From: Candidatus Multivorans sp.
GTDB taxonomy: Bacteria > Acidobacteriota > Thermoanaerobaculia > Multivoradales > Multivoraceae
Reading direction: 5' to 3'
Assembly: GCA_965224025.1 (NCBI GenBank)
Contig: OZ245033.1
Location: 3,680,001-3,744,000 of the forward strand
DNA: 64,000 bases
A program made the position numbers and the translations under genes. The notes under the pieces were generated by a model. The model saw only the letters and a list, made by a program, of their open reading frames with translations. It was not told the DNA's origin and ran no database searches. Positions 9,079 through 19,676 of the stretch are shown piece after piece. Every line of letters begins with the position of its first letter. Within the stretch, counting starts at the first letter, position 1.

Positions 9079-10829
9079 GGCTTCTCGACGGCTAAGCCGG
9101 CGCCTCGCCGCAACAGGTGATAGCGGCTCGGTTCGAGGCCGCCAAACGCCTCCGCCGACCCGTCCGGCCACACCACCTCGACCATTGCCGTAGCCGGCTC
9201 GCCGGATAGCGTTAGCGGAAACAGGAGCCGCGGATCGCTGGCGGCGGCGTAGCTGCCGTCCGTGTGCGCCCAATGCCAGCCGCTTCGGCCCGCGATCCGG
9301 GCGCGGGCGCCGTAGACGTCGACAATTCTCGACGCAGCCTTTCCATCGGCCGGGGTCGCCGAACCCGCGGCGGCGCCGACGGCTGAGACCAGCCGGACAC
9401 CAAGCCAGGCCCCGCCAGGCGGCTGACGGTTCAACAGAACTCGCGCGCGGCCGCCGTTGTTCGTGATCACGAGGTCCGGGTCGCCGTCGTTGTCCAGATC
9501 GCCGACCGCGAGCCCCCGGCTTACTTCGCTCAGGACCGGACGCTCCCGCTCCACAGCAGGCACTGCCTCGAACCGGCCGCCTCCGAGGCCCCGGAAGAGC
9601 TGGTTCTCCATCCGCAGGGGATGCGGCTCGCCGGCTTCGACCTGCTCCTCGATCCGACGTACCGCGCCGTTGACGACGACCAGGTCGAGCACGCCGTCGC
9701 CGTCGTAGTCGAGCGCCGCGGTGCCGAACCCCGTCATCGGCCAGCTCGGGTCGACCAGGCCGCCCTCACGCGAACGATCGGCGAACAGTCCCTCGCCGTC
9801 GTTCAGGTACAGCGTGTTGTGCTCCCGCACGAGGTGAGACAAGAAGATGTCCGGAGCCCCGTTGCCGTCGAAGTCCGCGACCGCGACGCCCATGCTCGCC
9901 TGGGCCCGCCCGTCGCGGTCAAAGGCGGCGCCGGCGAAGACCGCGTCCTCCACGAAGGTGCCGTCCCCCTGGTTGAGCCAGAGTTGGTTGGCCATCTGGT
10001 CGTTGGCGACGTAGAGGTCGATCCGACCGTCGCCGTTGAAGTCGACCGCCGCGGCGCCCAGGGCGGTGTGCGGGGCGCTGGCCAGCCCCGATCGCTCCGT
10101 CGCGTCGAGGAAAACGCCGTTGCCGAGATTGCGCAGCAGGCGGTCGCCCTCGGCCGGCTGGCTCAGCGGCCCGCAGTAGTCCGGCCGGCCGCTGGTCAGG
10201 AAACACTGCTTCCGGTTGGCGCGGTGGAAGCGGTGGTAGTTGCCGACGTAGAGGTCGAGCCAGCCGTCGGCATCGTAGTCGAAGAAGGTCGCCGGGACGC
10301 TGAAACGCCGGTCGTCCGCGCCGGCGCGCTCGGTGACGTCCTCGAAACCGGCGCCTCCGCTGTTGCGGAGCAGTTGGTTCGACCCCAGGTTGGTCACGTA
10401 CAGATCGATGTAGCCGTCCCGGTCGTAATCGCCGGTGGCGACGCCGATGTTGTAGCCGGAGGAATCGAGGCCCAACTCGGCGGTGACGTCGACGAACCGC
10501 AGTTTCGTCTCGCCGGCCTCCTTCAGGTCGTTGCGGAAGATGCGGTCGCCCGCCGGCCTATCGGCCCAACGAGAGAACACCGGCGCGCGGCCCTCGTCGC
10601 CCTCGAACTCTCGGCCCTGGCCCAGGTAGATGTCCAGGTCTCCGTCGTTGTCGTAGTCGATCAGGGCAACTCCAGGACCGACCACCTCCGCCGTGTAGAG
10701 CTGCCCCGTCATGCCGTTGAAGTGGAGGAAGTCGATCCCGAGTTCCTCAGCGACTTCCTCGAACGCGGGCGTCGCGCCGCCGGCCGCAACCGCCAGACAA
10801 CCGGACACGAAGACGAGCAGCGCGGCCAT
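9075..10829 (-). CDS. CRTAC1-family protein (FG-GAP repeats + ASPIC/UnbV)
   Basis: DYDNDGDLD, DYDRDGYID and DFNGDGRID repeats, SRGLAVGDLDNDGDPD, GSYAAASDPRLLF; signal peptide. Confidence 0.9.
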   Translation of the reverse strand: MAALLVFVSGCLAVAAGGATPAFEEVAEELGIDFLHFNGMTGQLYTAEVVGPGVALIDYDNDGDLDIYLGQGREFEGDEGRAPVFSRWADRPAGDRIFRNDLKEAGETKLRFVDVTAELGLDSSGYNIGVATGDYDRDGYIDLYVTNLGSNQLLRNSGGAGFEDVTERAGADDRRFSVPATFFDYDADGWLDLYVGNYHRFHRANRKQCFLTSGRPDYCGPLSQPAEGDRLLRNLGNGVFLDATERSGLASAPHTALGAAAVDFNGDGRIDLYVANDQMANQLWLNQGDGTFVEDAVFAGAAFDRDGRAQASMGVAVADFDGNGAPDIFLSHLVREHNTLYLNDGEGLFADRSREGGLVDPSWPMTGFGTAALDYDGDGVLDLVVVNGAVRRIEEQVEAGEPHPLRMENQLFRGLGGGRFEAVPAVERERPVLSEVSRGLAVGDLDNDGDPDLVITNNGGRARVLLNRQPPGGAWLGVRLVSAVGAAAGSATPADGKAASRIVDVYGARARIAGRSGWHWAHTDGSYAAASDPRLLFPLTLSGEPATAMVEVVWPDGSAEAFGGLEPSRYHLLRRGAGLAVEKP

Positions 10830-10926
10830 GGGCAGTGGAGACTATCGAGCCCAGCGTCCAGAGCACTGAATCGTGAACCAGTATGTTGGATCCCGGCGCC
10901 CATCCGGACCCCGCCCACGCCCGGAT

Positions 10927-10942
10927 TTGACATGAGCGTCAA
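10927..10942. promoter_or_regulatory. TTGAC-N6-GTCAA inverted repeat overlapping a -35 hexamer in the divergent CRTAC1/TBDR intergenic region
   Basis: TTGACATGAGCGTCAA at 10927-10942. TTGACA is a perfect -35, but the -10 match downstream is weak. Confidence 0.4.
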
Positions 10943-11010
10943 GAGTCGGTGAGGATTCGCTGCTTACTTTCAACCGTTGGCTCATCCAACCGACAAGGAG
11001 AAGGACTGAG

Positions 11011-14000
11011 ATGAAGCGACTGTTCCTGGCCGCGTTGCTGGTTCTGATGCCCGTCTGCGCATTCGCGGACGCGCCGGAAACCGCGACGATCAGCGGCCGA
11101 ATTGTGGATCCCGGCGGCTCCCCGCTGCCCGGCGTGAGCGTCACGCTGAGCGGCGAGCGCGGCGACAAGTTCGGCATCACCGACGAGAACGGCTCCTACC
11201 GGTTCGTCGGCGTGGTGCCGGGCGACTACACCATGACCGCCACGCTGGAGGGCCTGGGCGAAGGCCGGGCCGACGTGCGCGCCGTCGCCGGCGACCGCAA
11301 GTCCCTCGACGTCACGTTGCAGGCCACGATCGAGGGCGAGGTCACCGTCACCGGCGAGACGCCCATGGTCGACAAGTTCAACGTCTCCGCCGGCGCCACC
11401 GTCTCCGGCGAGATCGGCGAACAGATCGGCGGCACGACCCGCACCTACTACGGCATCATCAACGCCCTCCCCGGCGTCACCGCCGACGCGGAGAACGACG
11501 ACATCCAGGGGACGCGGCCGGCCGTCAACGGCGCCCACTTCGCGGACCAGGGCGTGTTCATCGACGGCGTCGACACGACCTTCGCCAAGTTCGGCGGCAG
11601 CCGCGTCCGCGTGCCGACCACGGCGCTGACCGAGGTCTCCATGGAGGCGGGCGGTTCCTCCGCCGAGTACGGCCGCTACGTCGGTTCGGCGACCAACGTG
11701 ATCGTCAAGTCCGGCACCAACCGCTGGCACGCAGACACGCTCTGGAACCACCAGCGGATCGACTGGGGCGCCGACTACAAGGACCAGCCCTCGCTCACCG
11801 AGCGGACCAACAAGCCCTACCCGGCGGACTGGTTCAAGCGCTGTCACGGCGACTCGCGCGACGAGGGTCGCGGACTTATCCCCGGCGGCACCGATGGTTC
11901 CCGCGAACTCGAGCCATGCCGGCCCGGCGGCTCCGAGTGGACCGGCGCCAGCGACGGTTTCGAGGTTTCTCTCGGCGGCCCGATCAAGCGCGACAAGTTC
12001 TGGTTCTACGCCGGCTACAGCGAGTTCGACGACGCCTACGCCGAGCGGCTGATCGGCGGCGACCCCTACGACATCAGCTTGGTCGACGACACGCGGATCC
12101 TGAAGGTGAACCTGCAGTCGAGCGCCGCCCATTCGTTCAACGGCTCGACGATCGACACGCCGACGTTCAGGAACTACTTCAACCAGCAGTCGTTCGACTA
12201 CTGGACCCCGACGCCGCACGAGAACGACAGCGTGCTGGCGACGGTGAACTGGAACTGGGCGGTTTCCTCCAACTGGTTCCTCGAGGCGAAGATCGCCCAG
12301 CAGGAAACGCAGGAGAACAAGTTCCTGGGCTGCCACAACACCTTGGCCCAGGAGAACCCCGATGTCCTCAACGTGGGTGGTACGCCGATCCTCGACTGGC
12401 TCGGGCTGCAGCACCTGCCGGAAGTTCCGGCCGAGATGGTCACCACCTGTCTGCAGGCCAAGGCGCTCGACCGCGGTCCGGAAGCCGGCCATAGCGAGCT
12501 GAACACCTCGGGCGGCGACACGAACTTCGACCTCCGCTTCCCGTTCGATCCGAGCCGGGGATACTTCTGGCCGGGCAACAACTACAACGTGTACGTCGAC
12601 GGTGAAAACCTCGGCGCCTGGCACAACGGCTGGATCCTGTCCGACGGCTTCGGCTTCAATGCCTTCCCGCGCGACCAGGCCAACGTCGGCCTGACCCAGT
12701 TCGTGGGCGCGAACCATGAGCTGAAGTACGGCATCGACTACCAGGACACGAAGTGGGAGGGCGAGAACGCCCGCACGTCATTCATGAACGGCTGGGGCTA
12801 CGACTCCTACAACCCGTTCGGGTATGGCGGCGCCGGCGGTCTGGGTGACGACAGTTGCGGGCTCCAGTGGGCGCGCCCCTTGGACACGTCCCCGGACAAC
12901 CCGTACACGCCAATTCCCGGTGTAGTTCCTCCGCAGACGACCCGCTCCCGCATCTGTACCTATGTTGACTACAACTCGCCGAGGCTGAGTTGCCAGGGTC
13001 CGATCGGCGAGGAACTGACGCCGATCGAAATCACGAGGGTGAACGGTGAGATTCACCGCACGGACTTCGACCAGGGCAGTTGCATCGGCCGCGGCACCGG
13101 CGACGCCGAAATGAAGGACACCGCCTTCTACCTGAGGGATCGCTTCACTATTGGCGACCACTGGACCTTCAACCTCGGCGTACGCGCCGAGATCCAGGAA
13201 GGCTGGAACGACGTGCGCCGCAAGGTGGTCGACTCCACCTACGCCGACCCGCGCGTCAACATCACGTACGATGTGAAGGGAGACGGGCGACTGCTGTTCA
13301 CCGCGAACTGGGGTCAGTACCACGCGATGCTGAACCAGGCCTGGATCTCCGGCGGCGGCGACACGGCCGGCGGCATGCACGACCAGTGGAACGGCTACGA
13401 AGGCTTCGAGGTGTGGCTGTTCTGCGACCCGATCGAGGCAGCCGTGTTCTGTGCCGTCCCGGACCGGACCGACACGCGGGCCAACGGCACCGTCGGCATG
13501 GGCATCCCCGGCTACAACTACGCTTGGAGCACTCTGGTTCCAGGCCTGATGTGGGACGCCGTCCGCCCCTGCCAGGATGGTGAGATGTCCGGCGTCGACT
13601 GCGAAATCTGGGACCACGGCATCGATCCCTACTACCGGGACGATCTGATCATCGGTCTCGAATGGCAGTTCGCTCCGAACTGGGCGCTCGACGTGAAGTA
13701 CATCGACTGGCAGATGCAGGACATGATGTTTTCCAACACCCAGCGCGACCACAAGGCCCGGAACATCTTCATCACCGGCAACTACCACGACCTGGCCGAG
13801 ATCGTCACCAACGCGGCGGATGCGCGTGAGGCGAAGGGCCTTGACAGAAACCTCAACGATGAGGCGCTGGCGCTTGCCGCCCCTGCCAAGAACGGCTATC
13901 GGGGTTTGCAGGTCCAGCTAAACCGGCGGTTCGCCAACGGATGGGCCCTCTACAACAACGTGTCGTGGTCGGAGACGGACACCACAGGCGCCGGCGCTTG

Positions 14001-14637
14001 GTGGAACAACACGAACAGCAGCTACCTCGAGAACCTGAGCGAAGTTGTGACGCAAGAGGTGATCGACAACTGCAACACCGGCCAGACGATCCCGGATCGG
14101 CGCACTGGCCGCACGGAGCTCTTTCCGGTGGACTGCAATCAGGCGCTGGCGGAGTGGATCGGCTACCCGGTGTCGATGATCAACCGCCGCGGCCTGAACC
14201 AGGCCTATGACCGGACCTGGATCTACAACTCCTTCGGCTTCAAGACGTGGCGCCTCGGGAACCAGGAGCTGACCTTGTCCGGCCACCTGAGCTTCCAGAC
14301 TGGAACGCCCTGGGTGCGGAGCGAGGGTGTGACGATCGTAGATATCGATCCGAACGATCAGAAGCCAGGTACGCCGAACGACGGTGTCAGCTTCAACCTG
14401 CATGCTCCGGGCACGCAGGGGCGCTTCACCTCGGACGAGTACACCCTGAACCTGAGCGGCGCTTGGGGCTTCCCGTTGGGCTACCGGGAGGTGCGTGGTG
14501 AACTCCGGGTCGAGGCGCTGAACGTCACCAACCAGCAGCGGCGACGCTCCTGGGGCGGCGACGGCCAGGTCTACCCGGTGCGGCGCTTCTTCCAGCGCCC
14601 GCGCCAGGTGCGCGCCTCGCTGAGGTTCCGCTTCTAG
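11011..14637 (+). CDS. TonB-dependent receptor (Oar-like, N-terminal carboxypeptidase-regulatory-like domain), paralog 1
   Basis: Signal peptide. ISGRIVDPGGSPLPGVSVT...ITDENGSYRF (CarboxypepD_reg), plug motif GGSSAEYGR...NVIVKSGTN, barrel motifs YLRDRFTIGDHWTFNLGVR and PRVNITYD, terminal FRF. RBS AAGGAG. Confidence 0.9.
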   Translation: MKRLFLAALLVLMPVCAFADAPETATISGRIVDPGGSPLPGVSVTLSGERGDKFGITDENGSYRFVGVVPGDYTMTATLEGLGEGRADVRAVAGDRKSLDVTLQATIEGEVTVTGETPMVDKFNVSAGATVSGEIGEQIGGTTRTYYGIINALPGVTADAENDDIQGTRPAVNGAHFADQGVFIDGVDTTFAKFGGSRVRVPTTALTEVSMEAGGSSAEYGRYVGSATNVIVKSGTNRWHADTLWNHQRIDWGADYKDQPSLTERTNKPYPADWFKRCHGDSRDEGRGLIPGGTDGSRELEPCRPGGSEWTGASDGFEVSLGGPIKRDKFWFYAGYSEFDDAYAERLIGGDPYDISLVDDTRILKVNLQSSAAHSFNGSTIDTPTFRNYFNQQSFDYWTPTPHENDSVLATVNWNWAVSSNWFLEAKIAQQETQENKFLGCHNTLAQENPDVLNVGGTPILDWLGLQHLPEVPAEMVTTCLQAKALDRGPEAGHSELNTSGGDTNFDLRFPFDPSRGYFWPGNNYNVYVDGENLGAWHNGWILSDGFGFNAFPRDQANVGLTQFVGANHELKYGIDYQDTKWEGENARTSFMNGWGYDSYNPFGYGGAGGLGDDSCGLQWARPLDTSPDNPYTPIPGVVPPQTTRSRICTYVDYNSPRLSCQGPIGEELTPIEITRVNGEIHRTDFDQGSCIGRGTGDAEMKDTAFYLRDRFTIGDHWTFNLGVRAEIQEGWNDVRRKVVDSTYADPRVNITYDVKGDGRLLFTANWGQYHAMLNQAWISGGGDTAGGMHDQWNGYEGFEVWLFCDPIEAAVFCAVPDRTDTRANGTVGMGIPGYNYAWSTLVPGLMWDAVRPCQDGEMSGVDCEIWDHGIDPYYRDDLIIGLEWQFAPNWALDVKYIDWQMQDMMFSNTQRDHKARNIFITGNYHDLAEIVTNAADAREAKGLDRNLNDEALALAAPAKNGYRGLQVQLNRRFANGWALYNNVSWSETDTTGAGAWWNNTNSSYLENLSEVVTQEVIDNCNTGQTIPDRRTGRTELFPVDCNQALAEWIGYPVSMINRRGLNQAYDRTWIYNSFGFKTWRLGNQELTLSGHLSFQTGTPWVRSEGVTIVDIDPNDQKPGTPNDGVSFNLHAPGTQGRFTSDEYTLNLSGAWGFPLGYREVRGELRVEALNVTNQQRRRSWGGDGQVYPVRRFFQRPRQVRASLRFRF

Positions 14638-14692
14638 GCACCGGACGGTACAGATCGCCGGGCTTCGGCTCAGGCGTTCACAGGATCACGTA

Positions 14693-14722
14693 GGGGAGAG
14701 GGCTTCGGCTCTCTCCCCTTTT
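14693..14722 (+). terminator. Rho-independent terminator of TBDR paralog 1
   Basis: GGGGAGAGGGC-TTCG-GCTCTCTCCCC followed by TTTT. Confidence 0.85.
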
Positions 14723-14740
14723 CCTTTGGGTGCACCGGAC

Positions 14741-14895
14741 TGCCATCCGTGCGCCCGACGACGGGCGCACGGATTGGTTCACGGGTGGCGCGGATCGCGC
14801 CACCCGGGTTCCGGCCGGCATCTGGCCCCTGGGAACGCGGGCGTCTCGCCCGCATCTGGCGCCGGGCAGCACGGGCGCCTCGCCCGCATCTGGCG
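14741..14895 (+). repeat. Family A composite REP-like element, copy 2, plus two inverted REP hairpins
   Basis: TGCCATCCGTGCGCCCGACGACGGGCGCACGGA...GGGTGGCGCGGATCGCGCCACCCGGGTTCC, followed by two CGGGCG(T/C)CTCGCCCGCATCTGGCG units. Confidence 0.85.
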
Positions 14896-15007
14896 CGATG
14901 CCGCAACGACGCGGCGTTACGTCCGCACGGCCAACAACGCCGACAAGCACCCGTTCGATCCAGAATCCCGGATCCCCATTGCCCCACAAGCCCAAATCAC
15001 ACCCTCC

Positions 15008-15035
15008 TTGACATCCGGTTAGACCGTCGTATAGT
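15008..15035 (+). promoter_or_regulatory. Near-consensus sigma70 promoter of TBDR paralog 2
   Basis: TTGACA (15008-15013), 16-bp spacer, TATAGT (15030-15035). RBS GAGGAGGAG before ATG 15076. Confidence 0.7.
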
Positions 15036-15075
15036 CCCTGTCACGTTTCTTACAACTTGATCCGAGGAGGAGCTC

Positions 15076-18000
15076 ATGAAGCGACTCGCAGTGGCTCTGC
15101 TGCTGTTCGTTCCGGTCGGCCTTGTTGCCGACGCGCCGGAGACGGCCACCGTCAGTGGCACAATCGTTGATCCCGGGGGCTCACCCCTGCCGGGCGTCAG
15201 CATCACCCTGTCCAGCGATCGCGGCGACAAGTTCTCGATCACGGACGAGAACGGCAACTACCGCTTTGTCGGCCTCGTCCCCGACGACTACAGCCTGAAG
15301 GCGGAATTGCAAGGCCTTGGCGAAGTCCAGGCCGAGTTCCACGCCGCGGCTGGAGACCGAAAGTCGGTCGACCTGACCCTGCAGGCAGCCATCGAAGGCG
15401 AAGAGCTGACGATCACGGCCGACACGCCCATGGTCGACAAGTTCAACGTCACCGCGGGCACCACCGTCACGTCCGAGATCGGCGAACAGACCGCCGGCAC
15501 GACGCGCACCTACTACGGCGTGATCAACGCGATGCCGGGAGTCACCTCCGACGCACGCAACGACGACATCCAGCAGACGCGGCCATCGGTCAACGGAACC
15601 CACTTCGCCGACCAGGGCGTGTACGTGGACGGCGTCGACACTACGTTCGCCAAGTTCGGCGGCAGCCGCGTCTTCCTGCCGACGACGGCGCTGACCGAGG
15701 TCTCGATGGAGGCTGGCGGCTCCTCCGCGGAGTATGGCCGCTACATCGGCTCGTCGACGAACGTGATCGTCAAGTCGGGCACCAACCGGTGGCACACCGA
15801 CGTCCTCTGGCAGCAACAGTCTGTCGACTGGGGCGCAGACTACAAGGATCAGCCGTCCCTGGAGGAACGGCAGAACAAGCCGTACCCCAGAGATTGGTTC
15901 AAACGCTGCCACGGCGACGAGCGGGACGCCGGTCGGGGCGAGATTCCAGGCGGCACCGATGTCTCGGAGGCTTTCAACACGAACAGACAGGCCTGCCTGC
16001 CCGGCTCCGATGAATGGGCTGGCTCCTCTAGCGGCTACGAGCTCTCGGCAGGCGGTCCCCTCAGGCGGGACAAGTTCTGGTTCTTCCTGGGCGTAAGCGA
16101 GTTCGACGATGCCTACTCGGAGCGGCTGCTCGGCGGTGACCCGTACGACGTCAGCCTCTTCAACGACGCGCGCATCTTCAAGCTGAACATGCAGCCGACG
16201 GCGTCGCATTCGTTTGCCGCTTCGGCAATCGACACGCCGGCGTTCCGGAACTACTTCAACGATCAGTCGTCCGACTACTGGACCCCGACTCCGCACGAGA
16301 ACGACAGCGTGCTGTCGACGATCAACTGGAACTACGCGGTTTCGGGCAACTGGTTCCTGGAAGCCAAGGTCGCCCAGCAGGAAACGCAGGAGAACAAGTA
16401 CCTCTCCTGCTACAACAAGCTGGAGCAGGAGAACCCCGAGGTTCTAAACCCGGACGGCGTTCCTCTTCTCGAGTGGCTGGCCCAGGACAACTTCCCCGAT
16501 GCGCCGGCGCGCATGGTGGAGACCTGCCTGCAGGCGAAGTCGCTCGACCGCGGTCCGATCGCCGGGCACAGCGCGACAAACACTTCGGGCGGCGACACTA
16601 GCTACCCGCTGCGCTTCCCATTCGACCCGAGCCAAGGCATCTTCTACCCGGGCAACAACTACAACATCTACCGGGACAACGAGAACCTCTCGGCTTGGCA
16701 CAACGGCTGGATTCTCTCCGACGGTTTCGGCTTCAACGCATTCCCGCGCGAACAGGCGAACCTCGGTTTGACCCAGTTCGTGGGCGCCAATCACGAGCTG
16801 AAGTACGGCATCGACTACCAGGACACGAAGTGGGAAGGAGAGAACGCCCGAGTTCCCCTGATGGACGGTTGGGCGTTCGATGCAACGAACCCGTTCGGTT
16901 TCCTGAACGCGGGGCAGGACGCCCTTGATTCGTGCTCGGTCTTCCGCAGCGCCGGCACGAATCCCGACAACCCGACTGAAGCTTGGGACGGCTTCCGGAC
17001 CAATCGTGGCCGGAGCTGCTACTTTGTCGACTACAACTCCACCCTTCTGACATGCGAAGGGGTGGCCGGCGACGGCATGCCGCATCGGCCGACTCAAATC
17101 ACTCGGGAAGGCGGGGAAATCGTTCGTACACCTGGCACCTGCGTCGGTCGTGGAACCGGCGACACGGAGGTCCGGGATATCGGCTTCTTCCTGCGCGACC
17201 GCTTCACCATCGGCGATCACTGGACCTTCAACGTGGGTCTCCGCACGGAGAATCAGGAAGCATGGAACGACGTTCGCCGCAGGGTGGTTGACGACAACTA
17301 TGTGGATCCCAGGATCAACATCACATACGACGTGAAGGGAGACGGCCAGTTTCTCCTCAACGCGACCTATGGCCACTATCACGCGATGCTGAACCAGGCC
17401 TGGATCTCAGGCGGCGACGTTGCTCGACCGAGCATGCACGACCTGTGGAACGGCTACGAAGGGCGGGAAGTATTCCTCTTCTGCGACCCGGGTGATGTCG
17501 CGTCGGCCAATCTGCTGGGATTCCTCGGCTTCATCAACTGGAGTTGCAATCTTCCGCAACGTCGCGACACCCTCCGCAACGGCACCGTCGGCCAACCCCT
17601 GCCGGGCTACAACGTGTCCTGGGAACTCGCACAGCCAGGCCTGATGTGGGACGCCGTTCAGGCAGATGTCTTCGACTTTGACGTGCAGACCTACTACAAG
17701 CAGGAGATGATCCTTGGCCTTGAGTGGCAGTTCCGACCCGACTGGGCTCTTGACATCAAGTACATCGACTGGAACATCCAGGATCCGATGTTCTCCAACT
17801 TCCAGTTGGACCATCTGGGTCGGAACATCGGAATCACCGAGAACTACCACGACCTCGCGAAGATCGTCACTGCGTTTGACGACGCTCGAGAGGCGGCGTG
17901 GGTCAGCGCCGGCAACGAACCTGGCACGCGTAACCCCGGCAGCGTTCTGAACCGGGAGGCTCTCGCTCAGGCGGACCCGGCGAAGAACGGTTACAGAGGG

Positions 18001-18750
18001 TTGCAGATCCAGTTGAACCGCCGCTTCGCCGACGGCTGGGCCCTCTACAACAACATCGCGTGGTCCGAGACCGACACGACCGGCGCCGGCGTCTGGTGGA
18101 ACAACACCGAGGGCGACTACCTGGAGGGCGTGCACCTGGTACTCGACGAAACGCACATTGAGCAGTGCCAGACCGGCATGGAGACACCGGACCGCCGGAC
18201 CGGGCGGCTGCCTCTCTATCCTGAGGATTGCGCGCAGAGGCTCAACGAGTGGCTCGGCTACCCGGTGTCCATGATCAACAAGCGCGGCGCCAATAACGTC
18301 GCCGATCGCACGTGGATCTACAACTCCTTCGGATTCAAGACCTGGCGCATCGGGAACCACGACCTGACCCTTGGCGGTCACCTCACCTTCCAGACGGGTA
18401 CACCGTGGGCCCGTTCCGGAGGCGCTTCCTACGTCAAGGACCCGACCGACCCCGCCAACGCGAACACCGATACCCGGCCCGGCACAGCGAACGCTGGCGT
18501 CGGCTTCATCTTCCATCCCTACGGTACGGAAGGGCGTCGAACCTCTGACGAGTACACGCTCAATCTCACTGGCGCCTGGGGATTCCCGATGGGCTACCGC
18601 GACGTGCGTGGCGAATTCAGGGTGGAAGTCAACAATCTGACGAACCAGCAACGCCGTCGTCGCTGGGACGGCGGAGGCTATGTGTACCCCGTGCGCCGGT
18701 ACTTCCAGCGCCCGCGGCAGATCCGAGCCAACATCAAGTTCCGGTTCTAG
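15076..18750 (+). CDS. TonB-dependent receptor (Oar-like), paralog 2
   Basis: Colinear with paralog 1, with long near-identical blocks (e.g. AWHNGWILSDGFGFNAFPR, HELKYGIDYQDTKWEGENAR); terminal FRF. Confidence 0.9.
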   Translation: MKRLAVALLLFVPVGLVADAPETATVSGTIVDPGGSPLPGVSITLSSDRGDKFSITDENGNYRFVGLVPDDYSLKAELQGLGEVQAEFHAAAGDRKSVDLTLQAAIEGEELTITADTPMVDKFNVTAGTTVTSEIGEQTAGTTRTYYGVINAMPGVTSDARNDDIQQTRPSVNGTHFADQGVYVDGVDTTFAKFGGSRVFLPTTALTEVSMEAGGSSAEYGRYIGSSTNVIVKSGTNRWHTDVLWQQQSVDWGADYKDQPSLEERQNKPYPRDWFKRCHGDERDAGRGEIPGGTDVSEAFNTNRQACLPGSDEWAGSSSGYELSAGGPLRRDKFWFFLGVSEFDDAYSERLLGGDPYDVSLFNDARIFKLNMQPTASHSFAASAIDTPAFRNYFNDQSSDYWTPTPHENDSVLSTINWNYAVSGNWFLEAKVAQQETQENKYLSCYNKLEQENPEVLNPDGVPLLEWLAQDNFPDAPARMVETCLQAKSLDRGPIAGHSATNTSGGDTSYPLRFPFDPSQGIFYPGNNYNIYRDNENLSAWHNGWILSDGFGFNAFPREQANLGLTQFVGANHELKYGIDYQDTKWEGENARVPLMDGWAFDATNPFGFLNAGQDALDSCSVFRSAGTNPDNPTEAWDGFRTNRGRSCYFVDYNSTLLTCEGVAGDGMPHRPTQITREGGEIVRTPGTCVGRGTGDTEVRDIGFFLRDRFTIGDHWTFNVGLRTENQEAWNDVRRRVVDDNYVDPRINITYDVKGDGQFLLNATYGHYHAMLNQAWISGGDVARPSMHDLWNGYEGREVFLFCDPGDVASANLLGFLGFINWSCNLPQRRDTLRNGTVGQPLPGYNVSWELAQPGLMWDAVQADVFDFDVQTYYKQEMILGLEWQFRPDWALDIKYIDWNIQDPMFSNFQLDHLGRNIGITENYHDLAKIVTAFDDAREAAWVSAGNEPGTRNPGSVLNREALAQADPAKNGYRGLQIQLNRRFADGWALYNNIAWSETDTTGAGVWWNNTEGDYLEGVHLVLDETHIEQCQTGMETPDRRTGRLPLYPEDCAQRLNEWLGYPVSMINKRGANNVADRTWIYNSFGFKTWRIGNHDLTLGGHLTFQTGTPWARSGGASYVKDPTDPANANTDTRPGTANAGVGFIFHPYGTEGRRTSDEYTLNLTGAWGFPMGYRDVRGEFRVEVNNLTNQQRRRRWDGGGYVYPVRRYFQRPRQIRANIKFRF

Positions 18751-18849
18751 GCCGGATCAAACGGGGGGCAGCAGGACGTTTCTTACTGGATTCCCCTAAC
18801 AATCCGCACCCCACTTTCCAACGTAACCAAGAGAAGGGATCAGCAACGA

Positions 18850-19275
18850 ATGCCGAAAAAACCACCCACTTCAGTCTGCGTACTTCTGAGCGCACTCTTC
18901 CTCGCGCTTCTCCTCGTGTCGGCCTCCTCGGTTTCCGCCCAAGGGAACGACGCAACAGAATGTGGAAACGAAGCAGACTGTGAGACCGACGCGGCGGGCG
19001 ATTCTTATGGAGACCAGCCTGGTGCCTACGACCCCTACGCCGACCCTTACGACGGGCACACGCTTCCTGGGTCCAGCTTCCCCTCGCCACTAGATGTTGG
19101 TTCTATCGGTCCACAGATACCAAACATTGTTGTCAACGTCGATTCACTGGCTCTCGCCTGCAACTTGCTTGATCTCGGCCTCGCGAACAGCGATGAGGAG
19201 ATTATCGACGTGGCGCTGAACGCCTTGGGAGCCAGTTCTGTTGAGGAGACAATCGAGATCTGCAACGACGTCTAG
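18850..19275 (+). CDS. Small, very acidic secreted hypothetical protein with 4 Cys in the mature part
   Basis: Clear Sec signal (KK, hydrophobic core, VSA/Q) and a purine-rich RBS-like stretch upstream. No family recognised. Confidence 0.65.
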   Translation: MPKKPPTSVCVLLSALFLALLLVSASSVSAQGNDATECGNEADCETDAAGDSYGDQPGAYDPYADPYDGHTLPGSSFPSPLDVGSIGPQIPNIVVNVDSLALACNLLDLGLANSDEEIIDVALNALGASSVEETIEICNDV

Positions 19276-19676
19276 TTGGAGCCGGGACACCAACAGACTC
19301 TCCGGCTCTCGGTCAGGGAGTTCTACAGTTGGTTGTGCGAGCGACTGCCTACCAGTACTGAGGCTCGGAACAGCGTTCGGCGACCCGCTCCCGTGCCGGT
19401 GGAAGTCCCGTGGTCCTAACGGAAGCAGCTTCCTTCTCCCTCTCGGCTCCGGCGCATAGTCCTGTGCGGGAGCCATTCCATCGAAAGACGTAGCGTCGAA
19501 AGCTAAACGTTGAAGGCGGGCGCAAGGAAACAACGGCCCTCGTTCACCGTCAACCACGGCCAGGTGGCACCTAAACTTGTCGGTGAGGGGTAGTCACTTC
19601 TGCGGCTGGTAATTGAGTTGCGGCCGGCCGCGTCTGAGTCTCCGAACGCGTAACCAGCGCTTCATATTGCCCCCAA

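Noticed and set aside
19276-19676. Gene or RNA in the 400-bp lower-GC gap
   Set aside because: Short ORFs lack an RBS and coding-like composition; no tRNA or known RNA motif recognised.
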